Positions 11,137-28,630 of a stretch of DNA of 64,000 bases are shown piece by piece; the stretch's first letter is position 1, and each line of letters starts with the position of its first letter. Below the pieces are notes generated by a model. It made no database searches and had not been told where the DNA came from. It was given only the letters and a program-made list of their open reading frames with translations. The position numbers and the translations under genes are program-made. This DNA comes from Cercozoa sp. M6MM. Taxonomy: Eukaryota > Protista > Endomyxa: Ascetosporea. The DNA is taken from assembly GCA_040357565.1 (NCBI GenBank), contig JBDODJ010000001.1. One strand, given 5' to 3'.

Positions 11137-11736
11137 TAAACAACACCAAAAAGTCAGAAGGTTGTGCATGCGCATTTTCTTCTGCCAGTAGGGTTGTTCT
11201 GCCAGCTTATGGGTCAATTGCCTGTGGCAGGCTGGTGTGCTTTTCGATCCGTAGGTAAGCGAGTACTCGAGAAATACAGATTAGTGTTCCCTCATCATCG
11301 TTTAGAGACTTCGGCCAGAGAACGAGTGAGTCACTTAATTGACAATGGATCCGATTCCATGGTTGGAGCAGGTAGCGCTACTAGTAAGGAGGCGTCGTCG
11401 GCGGCGCCTAGGCATCGCGGCTCTCGTATCTCCACTCAATACTCTAAATAAACGCACACCTGGCCAGTCGGGAACCTTTTGTGACGGCTCGTTTTCTGCT
11501 GACCACCATCTGCGAGGCCGGGGCGGCACGGCACTGTGACTCGACTCGGCGGAACTACAGAGCAGTATCTGGTACCGTCGCGTACGCTATATTTAGTTCC
11601 TAGCGTAGTACAAGCACCCTTCCTGTTCGCCAGTGTTCAATCATGTACAAGTATGTCAGTGACGGATCGCATCGAAATTGCAAAATCGGCGGAAGTATTG
11701 ACGTTTCGTTCCAACCCCAAACGAGAGTGAAACGGC

Positions 11737-12388
11737 TCAGATATCGTCGAGATCGTCGTCCAAGTCAAAGACGCGTCGGTCGTGCATTTCGACATGAGTG
11801 CTCGTTGAGGAAGTTCGCGTTCCCGACACGGCCGACTCGACCTCTGCCGTCTGCGCTTGCTGATCTTCCTTTTCTAACTTCGTTTGCTCTTCTTCTTCCT
11901 CTTCAATACCTAAAACAACGAAACAATTTACACAGAGACAATTAAGCAAAGGAGACAGTCAGCAGGCGTACCAGCAATCTGCAGCAACCGGTCGACACTG
12001 CAGTGCAAAAGCGATCGCTCCATCAGAGACGGTTGCGGTGCTACCAAAGCATACAGTGGCACCACTCTGATCATACACATGCCAACTGAGGTACCTGGCG
12101 GTTGCACGGTCGCAACGAGGCCACTGGCGCCTCCGGGAGGATGTGCCGTCGACGCGAGTGACTCGGCCAGTTTCAGCACCTGCTCCACTGCCGCCTCATC
12201 TGCGCAAACTCATATTAAACTTCCCTCAATACAACACAGAACAGGCTCATGTAAAACTCACATCTTGGCAAGGGTCGATCGTGCTTGTCACGCATCCGTT
12301 GCGTGTCCTCGCGGAGAGCGATACAACGCACCTGCAACTCCAACATCTCATCGGCCAGCTCGGCCGCTGCTAACCTCACATCCTCCAT
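11737..12388 (-). CDS. Hypothetical spliced protein with acidic C-terminus
   Basis: Short exons bounded by GT-AG introns (MEDVRLAAAELADEMLELQ...), ending GIEEEEEE...FDLDDDLDDI*. Start approximate. Confidence 0.5.
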
Positions 12389-12563
12389 CTCTCACGTTCT
12401 GAAACAACAGAATGCGCCAACGTTGAGTCGGATCGCGTATTTCTGTCTCTAAGTTGCCTGAGATGCTGGTAAAAAGTGATGTTGTTTCAACAATTGTAGC
12501 CACTTGGTCGGAAAATGACTCTTGTGTTTTGCATTGTTGTCATTTGACTACTACAGTAGTGCA

Positions 12564-14110
12564 ATGTCGGCGCGTGCTAATTCGCTTCTTGTTGGCACAG
12601 GAGAATATGTGACCGGTTTCGTCAATGGCGCTGCGTCAGGCAGCGACAAGAGGTGTGCAGCTTCGCTTTCGCTTGCTGGTCGGGTGTGCATGCCAATGTG
12701 ATGGTTCAGGTGCGGCGTGGTCGCTCTCGTGCACTTTGACCTGCGTCGGCGCGGTCTGCACGGCGACGTGATCAAGATGTGCGGCACACAGGGCGGCAAG
12801 TTTCCGCAGATCCGCGCGCACCTGCGTGCCGCAATCGAGAACAAGTACCGCGACATGGACACGTCGTTTGAATCCTTCCCGAACGACGATGTTGAGCGTG
12901 ACACTTGTGCGTATGGTAAGCTTGGTGTTTCTTTGCTGCTTTGACGCGTATGGAGAAATGTGCGCATGCAGAGCGGGCGATCGAATCGATGCAGCCGGGC
13001 GACACGTGCACGATCTTCACGCCCGACTTCTGTCACTTTGACATCGCCAAGTGCGCCATGCAGCGCGGTCTGCACGTGCTGTTGACGAAGCCGCCGGTGC
13101 AAACACTGGCGCAGCACCGTGAGCTGGTGCAGTTGGCACGTGCCAAGTCGCTGCACGCGCAGGTCGAAGTGCACAAGCGCTGGGACCCGATCTACGCCGA
13201 CGCTGCCACGCGCATCCGCGCGGGTGAGGTCGGTGACTTGACCTACTTCCACGCCTTTATGTCGCAGCCCAAGAAACAGCTCGAAACCTTCCGTGCCTGG
13301 GCTGGCAAGAACGGTATCACTTCCCCTTTACCTCTTGGCTACCCTACCCCCTCGGGATAGGTTGCGACATCAGCTACTACCTGAACTCGCACCACGTGGA
13401 CTTCCTGTGCTGGGCACTGCGAGGTCGCGCACGTGCCGTGTCGGTGAGTGCGTCAGCCTCGAGTGGCGTCGCTCGGCGAGTGCTGCAGCGCGACTTGGCC
13501 GACTCGGTGACGCTGCTGGTGCAGTTCGTCAGTGCCACCGGCAACATGGGCACGGCCGTGTTCACCTCGTCGTGGACGGCCGCCGAGAGCGACGTTCACT
13601 CGCAGCAGCGTTTCTTCTTTCAAGGTACAATCCCTCCGCAGAGCGCTGCGTTTCTTGTAGTCGCTCTCATTGTGTGGTCACAGGAACCGAGAGCGACATC
13701 ACTGTGGATCAAGCACACCGTGGCTACACGATCGCTTCGCGTGGACTCGCGAGTGTCAACCCGCTGTTCATGAAGTACACTCCCGACGCACGCGGTCACT
13801 TTGCCGGACAGTCCGGCTACGGCTACAAGAGCATCGAGGAGTTCCATCGGGCTGTACAGTGGTACCTTTATACCTCTACCTTTATTCAGACTCTTGGCGA
13901 CCCCCCCCCCCCCCGCACAGCACGCGTGGTGGCGCGAGTCCCGAGGAGCTGCACGAGGAGCTGCCGACCCTTGCAGCCACGCAGCAGCTGACGGCAATCC
14001 TCGAGGCCGGTGCCAAGTCGCTCCGGGAGAACGGCCGGCCCGTCAAGCTCAAGTGGGCCTCGCCGGTTGCCACGCCACTCGACTGTGACAATGTCATCGG
14101 CTTTGAATGA
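12564..14110 (+). CDS. Gfo/Idh/MocA oxidoreductase, GaaA-type D-galacturonate reductase-like
   Basis: [93 protein letters not shown] closely follow fungal GaaA-type enzymes. Confidence 0.85.
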
Positions 14111-14202
14111 TAACTACGCTAATCGGGTGCGTACTGTAGCAGTAGCTTCATTTAACTTCGCACCGCGGTAAAAGTTCGTCGGTCTAGGTTCAGCGAAGTT
14201 GG

Positions 14203-15655
14203 TTAGGCGCTGGCAACCGTGGTCTTTTGGAGCACCTCGAGAAAGCCGGCAACACCGCTCTTGTCCGAGAGTGCAGCATCGAGGCCGAACTGCGCCATAG
14301 TCTCGTGATACCTGCTTGGGCTGTTAAGGAGCGACTGCATTGTTTGCAGACAGTTAACGAACTGCGGACAGCTGAGCGTGAAGATGAGCTCCTGCTCGTT
14401 CTGCGCGCCTTCCGGCAGCTGAATCAACAACAGATAGGTCACAACTCAGACAGCAAGCAAGCATCCCAATAGATACGTAATGCACCTGCTTGCACAGTTC
14501 TTCGGTGTTAATCTGTCCTTTTTCCAAAACGGCAGCAACACGCGACGAAGAAAGGCTACATTGTTAATACAGTGTTCAGATGTATTGACAAGCAACAATA
14601 AAAGATATTACACGTCAGTCAGCAGCAGAGGGTTCGAATTCATGAGAAACTGCTGCAGGTACTGGTGCAGCAGCTGCGCATTGGCGTCGCTGGGTGCAGC
14701 GGGTTGTGCGCCACCCGACTGGCTCGGGGCGTTGTCGCCTTGAGTGTTGTCACCGTCGTTGCTGTCGTTGCCACCTTGTTGCGTGTTTTGGCTGCCTGGT
14801 TGCGCTGGCTGGTCGTCCGCGTTGGTGTTGCTCTGCTCGCCGCTGTTACTGCCGCTGCTGCCATCGTTGCCGTTGCTGCCGCTGCCGCTGCCGCTCTGAT
14901 CGGTCTCCTCTTCCTCCTCCTCTTCATCAGAGTCGCCGAGCTCCTCGCCTCGGAGCAGCTTGTTCACCTTGCGCACAAAGGTTCTGTCTGACTCTGCACA
15001 CAGAAACACAGGCATAAAAATAAACATTTTTCAGCTGGCAGCAGAACGTACTCGCAATCTCCGCATCGGTTTGGTTGCGCGTGCTTTCCTGACTCCAGAA
15101 GAAGCACAGTCGGTTGTTGTCGACGAAACGAAGCAAGAACACGCGACCCGTTTTGCACTCAGGAATGGGTCCTTCAAACGTGACGCTCATTCCCGGGAAG
15201 ATCGTGAACTTGAGCGCATTGTTTTCTGACTCGGGCTGTTGCTCCTGTCGGCCGCGCATGCCGCCCATCAGCGCCATCATTGAGCTCATGTCCGGCTGGT
15301 CGTTGCCACCAACCTTGCGCTCCTTCCATTCGAACTCGACAAAGCCTAAAACAGGGGTATAGACATAAACAGTCCGTTTTATGAAACACAGGCTACAAAA
15401 ATCCATACCTTGCGGTGACTTGGAAACCGTCAGCTTGCCCTTTCGTGGATCGGCGTACACCTGACTACCGCGTTTCTCGCACACGCCAGCGTTGCGCGTC
15501 ACTGAGTTCGCCGGGGGACCGCCCAGGCCTAGTCCGCCCATGCCGCCGCCCTATTATAACAACAGTCTTGTATCTTTAGATAGCAAGGAACAATGCACGA
15601 AAGCGAAACACACCTCCATCAGAGCGGCAAGCAAGCTTGGATCAATTCCTTGCAT
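14203..15655 (-). CDS. RPN13: Proteasome ubiquitin receptor Rpn13/ADRM1
   Basis: Pru domain: NAGVC..VYADPRKGKL, FEWKER, IFPG, ECKTGRVFLLRF, FFWSQE. Low-complexity linker, then C-terminal LPE...PQF...FGL domain. Confidence 0.9.
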
Positions 15656-15913
15656 GATGTTTCCTGCTTCTTGAGATCAACGCAAACCGGTTTCCTGACG
15701 TGACTGGGGAAACAAAATTACACCAACACGCGTCTCAAACGTACGGCTTTGCAGCTAATCCACTGGGGTGGCTCTTTTAATTTCTTTATTTTTATTGCGT
15801 TGATACTGGAGGGGACAGAAGTTGGACAAATCTCGACTATGTTTACCGCACTCCCATGAAGTCTCTCAGTTGTATATTATGTTGACACAAACACACTAAG
15901 AAAAACGCGGAAT

Positions 15914-17050
15914 CTAGCACTTCCAGCGGTTTTTGCAGTTCATACACGTCACGAAGGTCGTCATCGGTTCGTCCGCACTGCGCGTCTGGGCCTGCTTGTA
16001 GGAGCACTTGCGCGAGCCACATTTGCCGCATTTGAATTCGTCTGTCGCGGCCACATCGGTCCTAGAAGCGTTAACCAGGCATATCGACAGTGGGACGGCA
16101 AGGAAAGGACGGTGTACGTTCGGTCGCCGCTTTGTTCTTCCATGATGAAATCGATCGCCTTACGACGCTTCTCCTGCATCTCTTCGCTCGCAAGCGATGC
16201 GCTACAAGCATTCGAGGTTTAAATAAACACCAAAAAGTGCGCGTGTTTGGTACGTGTCAGCGGCGACAAGGTCGGCAGCCGAGAGTTCGCCCGACAGCAC
16301 ACGTTGTCGCAGTCGCGGGTTGCTTGAGTCACCCAGGTTGAACTTGAGCTCGCGAAATTTGGTCAGATAGCTGCGTCAATGACACAGAACAAAATAAACA
16401 CACTTATAGCCTGCAAAAACTCAAACTACGAGCTATCGTTTTCGTCGGACCCACAGACAGCGTAAAGACACTTTTCGATCTCGAACGCTGCCCTCATCTG
16501 CACGGGAAAAGGGTTAAAAGAGGAAGTAGAAAGAGTGAAGGGAAAATGCACGTGTTCTTCTCCACCAAGTGCCTGTGCGAAACGCTCCATCACGCGATTT
16601 CTCTTGACGCTGCCAGCGTCGAACTTGGCTGTCTGCGGCGCCGCTGCTGACGTCTTCTTGGACGCCGCCGCGGCCTTCTCTCGCGCCTGCTTAGCCTGTG
16701 CCCGCCACTTGCTTAACAAGCGGGAGCTCACTTCTCGCAACTCACCGTCGCTGCCGGCCGTTGTCATCACTTTCTTGACTGTCTTACCCACACCTGTCTG
16801 CTTCATCTGTACACAGACAGGTAAACCAAAATCTCTATGCAACACAAAAATCTACCTGTGCAATTGAGACAGTGCAGGTCGTTAGGTTATCGCAAATTTC
16901 CTTCATTCTCGTCGCATCCTAGGCAGAGAAAATCGCACAGAAACCAAATTCCGCGGGACACGTCACCCCAACGCAAATTGGGAAATCACTTACCTTGGAT
17001 TTTAGAGCTGATTCCAGCTCCGAAGCGAGTTTGGGTACTATAGTTGACAT
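15914..17050 (-). CDS. TCEA1: Transcription elongation factor TFIIS
   Basis: N-terminal TGVGKTV...LLSKWR domain; C-terminal zinc ribbon [40 protein letters not shown]. Confidence 0.95.
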
Positions 17051-17523
17051 CTCCAGTCACTACACACACGCAAGCGCACACGTTGACGTCTTGCGCGCAA
17101 GCTCTGGCTACACATCATCACGCCAAAACTCAGAACTGAAACAAAAACGGTGGTCCATGTTTTGTTCGGTTGCAGCGCATAAACCTGCTTTAGCAGCTTT
17201 TTAAGGTATTAGGATGATAAATAGTACTTGCTTTCATACAATTTAGGCGATATAGGCAAATCTGAACTTTTTAATAAACGAAAGATGATGTGTGTCGAAA
17301 ACAACAATCTTGTCACGTCACGAAAAACAGAAGCCTGCAACACAAGAATTGCAGAGGGTTAGAAACGGAAAGACGTGCCTCGTAGTGTCGTACATACAGT
17401 CTGGGGATTGCTTTCTGCCAAAGCCGCGGCAGTTGAGCGTCAGTTGGTAACTTTGCTTCAACTTCGATAGATTCCCTATTGAGTTTCATTGCTACTTTTG
17501 AAAGCAGAGCGAAACGAAAGAAA

Positions 17524-19870
17524 ATGATTGAAGAGGCAAGTGCGTCACCGCCCGAGCAAGCTGCGACGGTTGCCGCAGACACTGAAGCCGAGCGAAGCAT
17601 CGAATCTTCAGCTTCACTTGTCGTTCATACAGGCAGCACAACGAGTGCCGCACAAGATGAGACGAAGGAGAACGTCGAACCGAACGCTGTTGAAGAAAGC
17701 AAAAAGCGTGTTCAAAACGGTGACTCACGCGAAATCGCCAGCGACAGTCAAAGAAAGCCGCTGCCGGAAAAAGAATGCGAAAGCAAGGTCGCAGCTGCTG
17801 CTCCCGGTGACCAGGAACCGAAGGAAGAAGTCAACGACAATGAAGATGATGAAGACTACATTTCTGAAGAAGAAGAAGTCAGTGAGCCTGTCAAGAAGCC
17901 AAAAAAGTCAACGGAAAAACAGAAGCAAAAGTCAGTGGTTGCGAAAGTGGGACGCGGTGGCAGACGCTGGTCACGCAAAGAGATCGCAGTCCTAACCTCC
18001 TTCGCCAAGCAGAACCCGTCCGTGCACTTCACTCTCAAAAAGTACGAATTCCTCTTTATTGTACTTGCATTGTGCTGACTGAACTACCTGAATTGCAGGG
18101 AGGTGAAAGAACTGATGAAAATGCTGCCAGCGCGGCGGTGGTCCTCCATCTACCACAAGCACTCCAAGATCCGCAACCCGCCGAAATCCCGCGCGACGCC
18201 GAAATCAGTTCCGCTGAGTGACGATGTGCGCGGCAGCTCGGTGCGACAAGCAGAGAAACTGTCGCAACTCACCCTGGTGCTTTCGCTTTTACGCTGTGCG
18301 CTTCAGTTTCATGTCGAACTAAAAAACCTTACTTTTTACCTAATGTACCAGACAAGCGCCAAGAAGAAAAAGAAGAATGCCTCCTCAGTCGCTCCACGAA
18401 GTGAGGTATAAATTAGTCGGTGTCTTCACAAGAGCTTTCGTGTTGGCATAAATCATCTTGATAACCAGGCATCGCACAAGTCAGGTAAAGGCATGTGGCG
18501 CGCGGAGGAAGATGCCGCTCTGGAGGAGTTTATGACTGCTCGTCTCTGGCAACCTCTTCCGACCAACCGTAAAATTTACGTACATCCAACAGCGCCATAC
18601 AACCATTGCATTTTTACCTTTGTCTCCGTCTCAGCGATTCCCGAGTTGAGTGCCAAGATTCCTAACCGATCTTGGAAAGCGATCGTGTCGCGTTCCTATC
18701 GCATGCGTCGCCTCAACTGCATCGATCCTGTGGGCGACACTGACAATGTCGTCCCGCGAAAGCGCTCTCGACCAGCAAAGAAACCAAAACCGACAAGTAC
18801 GGAAGATTCGAGGTAACCATACAGTAACAACAACAAACTGTAGTTTCAAGTTTTACCGGCAGTTTCTTCATGTATCGTTTATAAATGTTCAGTAGCGACA
18901 CATCTGTTCGCCCGGCAAGCTCATCATCTTCTTTTTCGGAGGTGAGTTTCCCTAACCGACATATGTCAGTAGATAGGTATGATTATGGTCACTAGGACGA
19001 GTTCTCCGAAGCACTTGAACCTGCACCGAAACGTCTGTGCGAGAAGGAGCCGAAACCTCGTTACGAAGAGTATGATGTTTCGCTAATTTAGTTTTCGAAT
19101 ACAAGCACAAGCTCCCCTTTGAGAACTTTTGCCTGCAGGCCGGATTGCGCACTTTCGGCGTCGCTGAAGCGCTGCGAGTGCGAGTTGTGGACGCTCTTTG
19201 CCGCAAAGACTACGCTGCAGAAGTACGCGCCCAACATTGGCATTCCTTCGGTGCATTTGCTTTTGCTTGTTTATTCCTGACACTTCGTTAATAGTTGTTG
19301 CAGAAGGAGCTCTCCGACCTCGAAAAGCCGCTGATGCAGGCCATGCGACACGTCAGTGCCGTGCGCCGTCGTCGCGAAGCTTTTAAACCAGTAAGTCCAC
19401 TTTAGTTGCTTTCTACTACGTTGAAAGGTAGATTTTCCACTGCTTGCTGGTTTGACTTGGGCAGTTGTTTATCGTCCGCCAACTCGCGTTGGTCTCTTTG
19501 GACTTTATTTCTTTTTTTCGAAAACACCGTCACTGCAAGCTGTGCGCAGTGTCAAAGTGCTTGCGAAACCCTTCGAAAGACGGCACGTGAGCAAAAGAAG
19601 AAACTGCGCGAGACAGAGACCGTTGGTGTCGACACTGTTTCGTCCGCTGCCTGGCAGGCAGCACTTGAACGTGACTCGGTACAGTATGTTTCTAGTTTGA
19701 AACAACAAGATACTACAACATGCGTTGTGAGGCTCAATTTTATGAGTATACTGATCTGCGCAGGCTCTGTCGGTTGCGTTGTCAGTATCTCGTCTTGTCG
19801 ACTTTGCCGTTCTGGATGGCCAACTGAAGTTTAACAGCGGCGAAGACTAGGAGTGACCACCTGCTGAAAC
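17524..19870 (+). CDS. Myb/SANT-repeat protein (boundaries uncertain)
   Basis: RRWSRKEIAVL...LPARRWSSIYHK and MWRAEEDAAL...IPNRSWKAIVSR resemble Myb repeats; further spliced exons continue to ~19870. Confidence 0.6.
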
Positions 19871-20010
19871 TGAGTGCTAGAACCGTGGCGGTAACATACT
19901 CTAAAACTGAAGCACTCACCTCTACGGTCCCATAGCGCTAAGCAGTGGCGGATCTAAATTTACCATACGATTTTACGAATCATCGCGATAGTCGTATATG
20001 TACATGTATG

Positions 20011-22371
20011 TCAATTGAATTCATACTCAGGCCAAGCGTTAGTGCCGGCGCTGCGGGAAGCTGCCTTGTAGTCCCAATGTCTGGCTTCTTCAACTAGCAG
20101 ATTGGGTTCATTGCGGGAAACAGACATGATTTCCTGCAGGTGCTTCCGTAGCAGGCTCAATGAAGCGTCTTCATGCGATGCCGGTTCGTAAGACCTCTGT
20201 GACACAAAGCAAAAAGAGTGATACGTATCTTTCAGTACACTTTGATGCAGGTGAGCGATACCACGGGATCAAACACCGGACTTCTCAGGAGTTCCTCGGC
20301 ACTACAGCAACACAGAGGCACGAAATTCGCGCGCACACTTGATTTTTGAGGCATGTTGGCAAACACACCTGTCTCGATCTTGTGGGTCGAAACGCAGCAT
20401 ACGGTAAACGACGGCGCCTAAAGCGGCCCAGTCGGCACTTCGAAACTTCCTGTGTGGCAGCATGTTGCCATTGGTCTTGCCGGTCTCGTACATTTGGTCG
20501 ACTGAGCAGATGATACACACACGTATGCAAATGAAAAGTTGCATTGCACATGAGAGTACCGGTCTCGTAGACCTGCTGCTGATAGAACTCAAATTCTTCG
20601 GGAACCATGCACTCACGCTCGGCTTCCAAGGTGCGATGCGCCAGTGCTCGAGCTTCCGCACGTGAAACATTGAGCTGCTGCTGTACCCGCAACAGAACAG
20701 CTTGCGACATTGCTTCTTCCGAGCTGCACTCCAACTGCATCAAACCGCAAGTGTAATGTTATAGTCTGAGAAGCAACAAGGCAAACTAACGAATTCATTT
20801 ACAGTGGGTGCAAACGGCGTTTTCCACGGCTTTTTGTCCCTGTCGAATTCGTCTGTTTTCGCGTATCGTAGCAGGTCGGCAAAGACCACCCCAAGAGACC
20901 TACCAGAGTGTTGTCATACAATTTAACTACGCATCTTGAAAACTGGTAGGTAGCTACCAGATATCAAGCGAAGTGCCGTAGCTCCGTAGGTGCAACAGGG
21001 ACTCGGGTGCTCTCCACCAGGCAGCCGTCACCGTGGCCGTGAGTGCACCACTGATGACCTGTGACTCGCGAATACGAGGCGGCGTTTCGCACATGTTGTC
21101 CTCTCTTCTATACATGCGGAAAAAACTGTTGGTTATGGGAAGGAGTGGGTGATCCTAAGGGTACCTCGGAAGCAAGGTGGCACTGCCAAAGTCGATCACC
21201 GTGGCACGCACACGCCGACTGCCGCGAAAGTTCGTGATGAGCACATTGCTCGTCGTGATATCGCGGTGCACAATTCCAACTGCGCGGGTGTAGTTTACAC
21301 TTAGACAATGAACCTACCCAACCTGGTTTCTGGTAGAGAAAGTATACTGGAATGGAGATCCCGTAACGCCAGTAGCATGTCGAACATTATCGCACGCACT
21401 GTGTCGAAGCTCGCCCTCACTTCTTCCTTGCTGGACAGGAGCATCTCTTGCTCCTGCACATGTACGACATGTCGTACAGTACTTTATCACGAAAAAAAAA
21501 CAGAGGCCAAAATACAATATGCGTCTGTAGTGACGGTCCCAGCAGAGTCGTGACCAAGTGCATGGTGACTCTGTCGTCGTTCCTTTCGAACAGCATGTCC
21601 TCCATGTGTGGCAGGTACGTCGTGTGCGGAAAGTGCTCCGAAACAAAGCGCAAAATGCGTGCTTCTCGCCACCTAAGCCATTAACATTGCTAAGCCTACC
21701 CCCCTTCCAGTCAAACAAGATGGTACCAGAAGAAGACTTCCTCACTTGCATCGGCAGTATCGAGTGTCATCTGAGAGACTTTGTCGGCCAGCAGGTGCTT
21801 TGAGTTCTATCGACACAAAAATGTCGACATCCTTCCCTTTCAATGCACAAAAGGGAGGTGTAAACATACTCCCACTGGGTGCACGGCAGACACGACGCCA
21901 AAGGAGCCACTGCCGATCAACTGGACCGGCACGTAGTGCTGCCCGAAGCGGCGCATCGGCGACGCCTTGGCAAACACCGGCGGTCGCTGCTTTACGCGAG
22001 TACCGTAGCACGGCGCACAGCGCTGCACGTATTCTGGCGTTGTGAGCGAGCTCTGCACAATGACAATTTTCACAAGGAGTCTAACGCTGTGGTAAGAGGA
22101 AAGCAACTCTTGTACCATGTACTGCAAGGTCTCTGTGCCGTATCGAAACGGCACATGCGGCACACCGCGGCCGTAGTGGAACGGGTTTCTTCGCGGTGCG
22201 TAGCCACGAAAGTACCCGTTGGCCACCGCTGCAGTGCACGTCAGCGACAACAACACCGTGTCGAACAGCACGATGTAGCCTGCATTGGGACATGTGTCAG
22301 CGTCATACAGTAGGCTCATTTCGTGAGCGAAGAAGCATCGTACCAATCAAGAGGAACACGCGCAACCACAT
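20011..22371 (-). CDS. CMGC-like Ser/Thr protein kinase with hydrophobic N-terminus
   Basis: LIGSGSFGVV (Gly loop), GIVHRDITTSNVL, VIDFGSA, VTAAWWRAPESLL..YGTSLDIW/SLGVVFADL. First exon MWLRVFLLI. Confidence 0.85.
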
Positions 22372-23463
22372 GCTACACTGGGTCATTGACGCGGCAACAC
22401 AAAACACCGGGCACCAACTGTAAAACAGCGAGCTGTGGCGCCTCCCCTAGCGATTCGAATCGCCGTGTGGTCACACTGCGGTCACTGTGTGCCCAGCTGC
22501 AGTGCCAGCTTGCTAGTGTGCTTTCTCTCGGGTCCACTGCTGTGAGTCGAGAGCTCAAGCACTAGCGAGCCGGGCTTTCGTGACGTGCCCGCGTACTCAA
22601 CGCTTCGTCTCCGGGCTTCGAGTTTTCGCCTTTCTCTTCCCCTCACGTCATGTTTGTTATGGCACAAGCGTTATGACTCGACTCAGTTTGCACGCGCTAC
22701 TTCGGCAGTATCTCTTGGCTTCGCCCACGCTGTCCCAAGCTCAAATAATAGACAAAGAAAAAGTAATTTTCTGTCGTGGCAGTTGTCGATTTCATTGCTC
22801 TGTGCTCGGTTCTGGTCCTGTAAACTTAAGGGTACGCCGGCGCCTGGACGCTGCGATAAGCTTCACAGAGTCCAGCTGCATTAATGCACGTACAGGTTGC
22901 TACTTTCGCGTGTGCCTGATTAAAGTTTTACATTCAGTTCATCCAACCAGCTGAACTGCACGAGTCAGCTGAACACGACGTAACGTGACGAAAAATCCGA
23001 GTCAAACTGGCCGCTTTAATTTCTTTGTTTCGTATGTATACTCAGACTAGTGCTATCGATATCTTCTACTCACTGTACCGTCGCCAGTGCTCGTCTATAA
23101 TGGTGAACGTGGGAACCCGCAGGGCCTACGACCCGGTCTGTCGTGAGTACTACCTAATATAATAACCACAGCATGCCGTCCGTCAGACTATTGAACTGGC
23201 GTGGCTGGTACGGCACATGGAGGGAAATCTAAAATTCTCTTTCCGGCCGTTGACTTCAGTCATTGTTTGTGTATGTTTGTTGTGCTGCCGGTCTTTCTTT
23301 CAATCAGCGAGCAAACATTGCGTCGAACAGTGCGCGCACGGGCAGCAAAAAGAAGCGAACCGTGTCCTATGCGTATCTCCTCTCATGGCGTGTTTCATGC
23401 AAACACACAGAAAAAAGGTGTACCGGAAGCAGCTCGTAGGGTGAGTGCCAGTCGAGTGCAAAT

Positions 23464-24709
23464 CTATCGTATACAAAGGTGTCGCCGCTTGCAATGGCCG
23501 CCAACACGTGTCGGTGTGTCAGCAAGTTCGCCAGTGTCACGAACACCGAAAAAAGCCCGAGTGTCAGCAGCATGTGGAACCAATCTAATCTCTTGCAGCC
23601 CCAGACCACCTGTACTCACAAACCGTATCTCATATACAGCCTGGTAAAACACTGACAGAAAGAGGAGTCACCTGCTTATCGCGACGTGGGTCACGAACGA
23701 GCAGTCCAGCGAAGGCGATGCATGCCGCACCGAACACAGCCGAGAAGCCCAGAGTCACGTGTCCCGAGAAAATCAACTTGGCACCCACCACTACACGTGT
23801 GTTCAAATGAGAAAAGGACAGAAGGGTAAAGGGAAGGGACAGAAACGAAAGACAGACGTACTCACGATTGGAACGAGAGCGATGGCGTTGATCACGATGC
23901 GCCAAATGACGATACTGAAGAACCAGGTTCCTACTGCCAGCACCAGCAGAATGTTGAACGTCGAGTTGAGCGCCTCTTCGTCCGGCGCGCCACGTCGCAC
24001 GTACTGCAGCAGCCAAAAGTGCAGGCTGCACACACAACACGCCAACATATAAGCAACAACAACAGCAACAACACAAAGCCAAAGGCACCCAATGAGCGGA
24101 ATGCCGACTTCGCCTCCGACCGCTGACAACAACGAGTGAACCACACGCAGAGATGGCATCTGCAAGTAACACAAGACACATACACATAGACATACACATA
24201 CACATACACACACGTGACAAGAAAGAAAGAAGGAAAGCGGACCACGCCGAAACGCAAAACGCCGACTGCAGCTGCCAGTGCGAGCAGCGTGAAGCCTGTC
24301 GCAGCAGGCATGGCCGACAGCAAGAGCGGTTCGGCGACTTCTTCTGACTCCCTCGCCTGTCTCAGCAATGGCCACATGCACAGCACGACATCAGAGCAAC
24401 AAAACAAAATGGCACTATTAGAGACACAGCGACGTCGTTGGCTGTCGTAACAAATTCACTGAGACGCCGCTGAGCGTAGGCACACGCGGCGGCAAGCAAC
24501 GCGTCACTGAGTGCACTCGACCATGAGGCCGACACGACACGCCGGAACCGTAACTGTGACTTTTGGATCGACTTGCGCAACTCAGCGAAGCTCAATGTTC
24601 CTAAACACACATTTTAGACTTCATTTATCCACGTTGGCCCAAGGAACAGCAACAACACAAAAGAAAAGACATTGTCGACAAGCGCGCAGTATAGCGATTT
24701 GCAGGGCAT
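23464..24709 (-). CDS. Hypothetical multi-pass membrane protein
   Basis: Several GT-AG-bounded hydrophobic exons (GFTLLALAAAVGVL; FNILLVLAVGTWFFSIVIW; LGFSAVFGAACIAFAGLLV). Start approximate. Confidence 0.5.
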
Positions 24710-24914
24710 AATCTACCGGGCACATCTGGCCTACGGACCATCCTGCCAACCGCAACACGATCCCACGCAGCTTTACAGCACGTGAGAGCTCGAAATGCGA
24801 TCAGGAGAATTAATGAAAATCACTGGAGCAGTTGAGAACCTCGGGCTCCAAGACTGACAGCTGAAGAAGCAAAAATACTCTATAAAATTAAGTGGAACTG
24901 AACAGCCACGTTTT

Positions 24915-28134
<3,220 letters not shown>

Positions 28135-28630
28135 CGCTTCCGTGTCGGTGGTTGTTTCGACATCCTTTTAACAAGAAACACATGTCAACTGCTGGGATCC
28201 GCCGGAGACATTTCTCCCACTAGTATCGATACCGTCCCACTGAAGTCGCCAAAAACTGCAGACCGTGCGAACTCAATTCCGGTCGATGACCCTATCTCGT
28301 CTGAACTGTGGTTAGACATCACTTTCTGTGGGGGACTTACACCAGAAACGTGCGCACTGTCTGCTGTACAAGGAAGGGGTGTATGTTTGATCATTTTCGT
28401 ACCTGTCCGCGCGGAATTCAGATTGACCAACTATCGACCACTTTTTGTCAGCATGCGCTGTGCTTGGCCTTAGCGAACATCCAAGGAAGCTGTGGTGTGC
28501 TTGTGTAGTACACGGAGTATAGTGCCTCGGACCGCGCGTAGGCCGTGCACGCCAAAAACGTGTCATTCTTGTTGGCAGAGAAGATCGTTTGCATTACCAT
28601 TTATAATTTGTCCTGGTGTTGCAGCGTCCG

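Noticed and set aside
22380-23460. Possible small plus-strand spliced gene(s)
   Set aside because: Splice-like signals exist, but no coherent or recognisable protein could be built.
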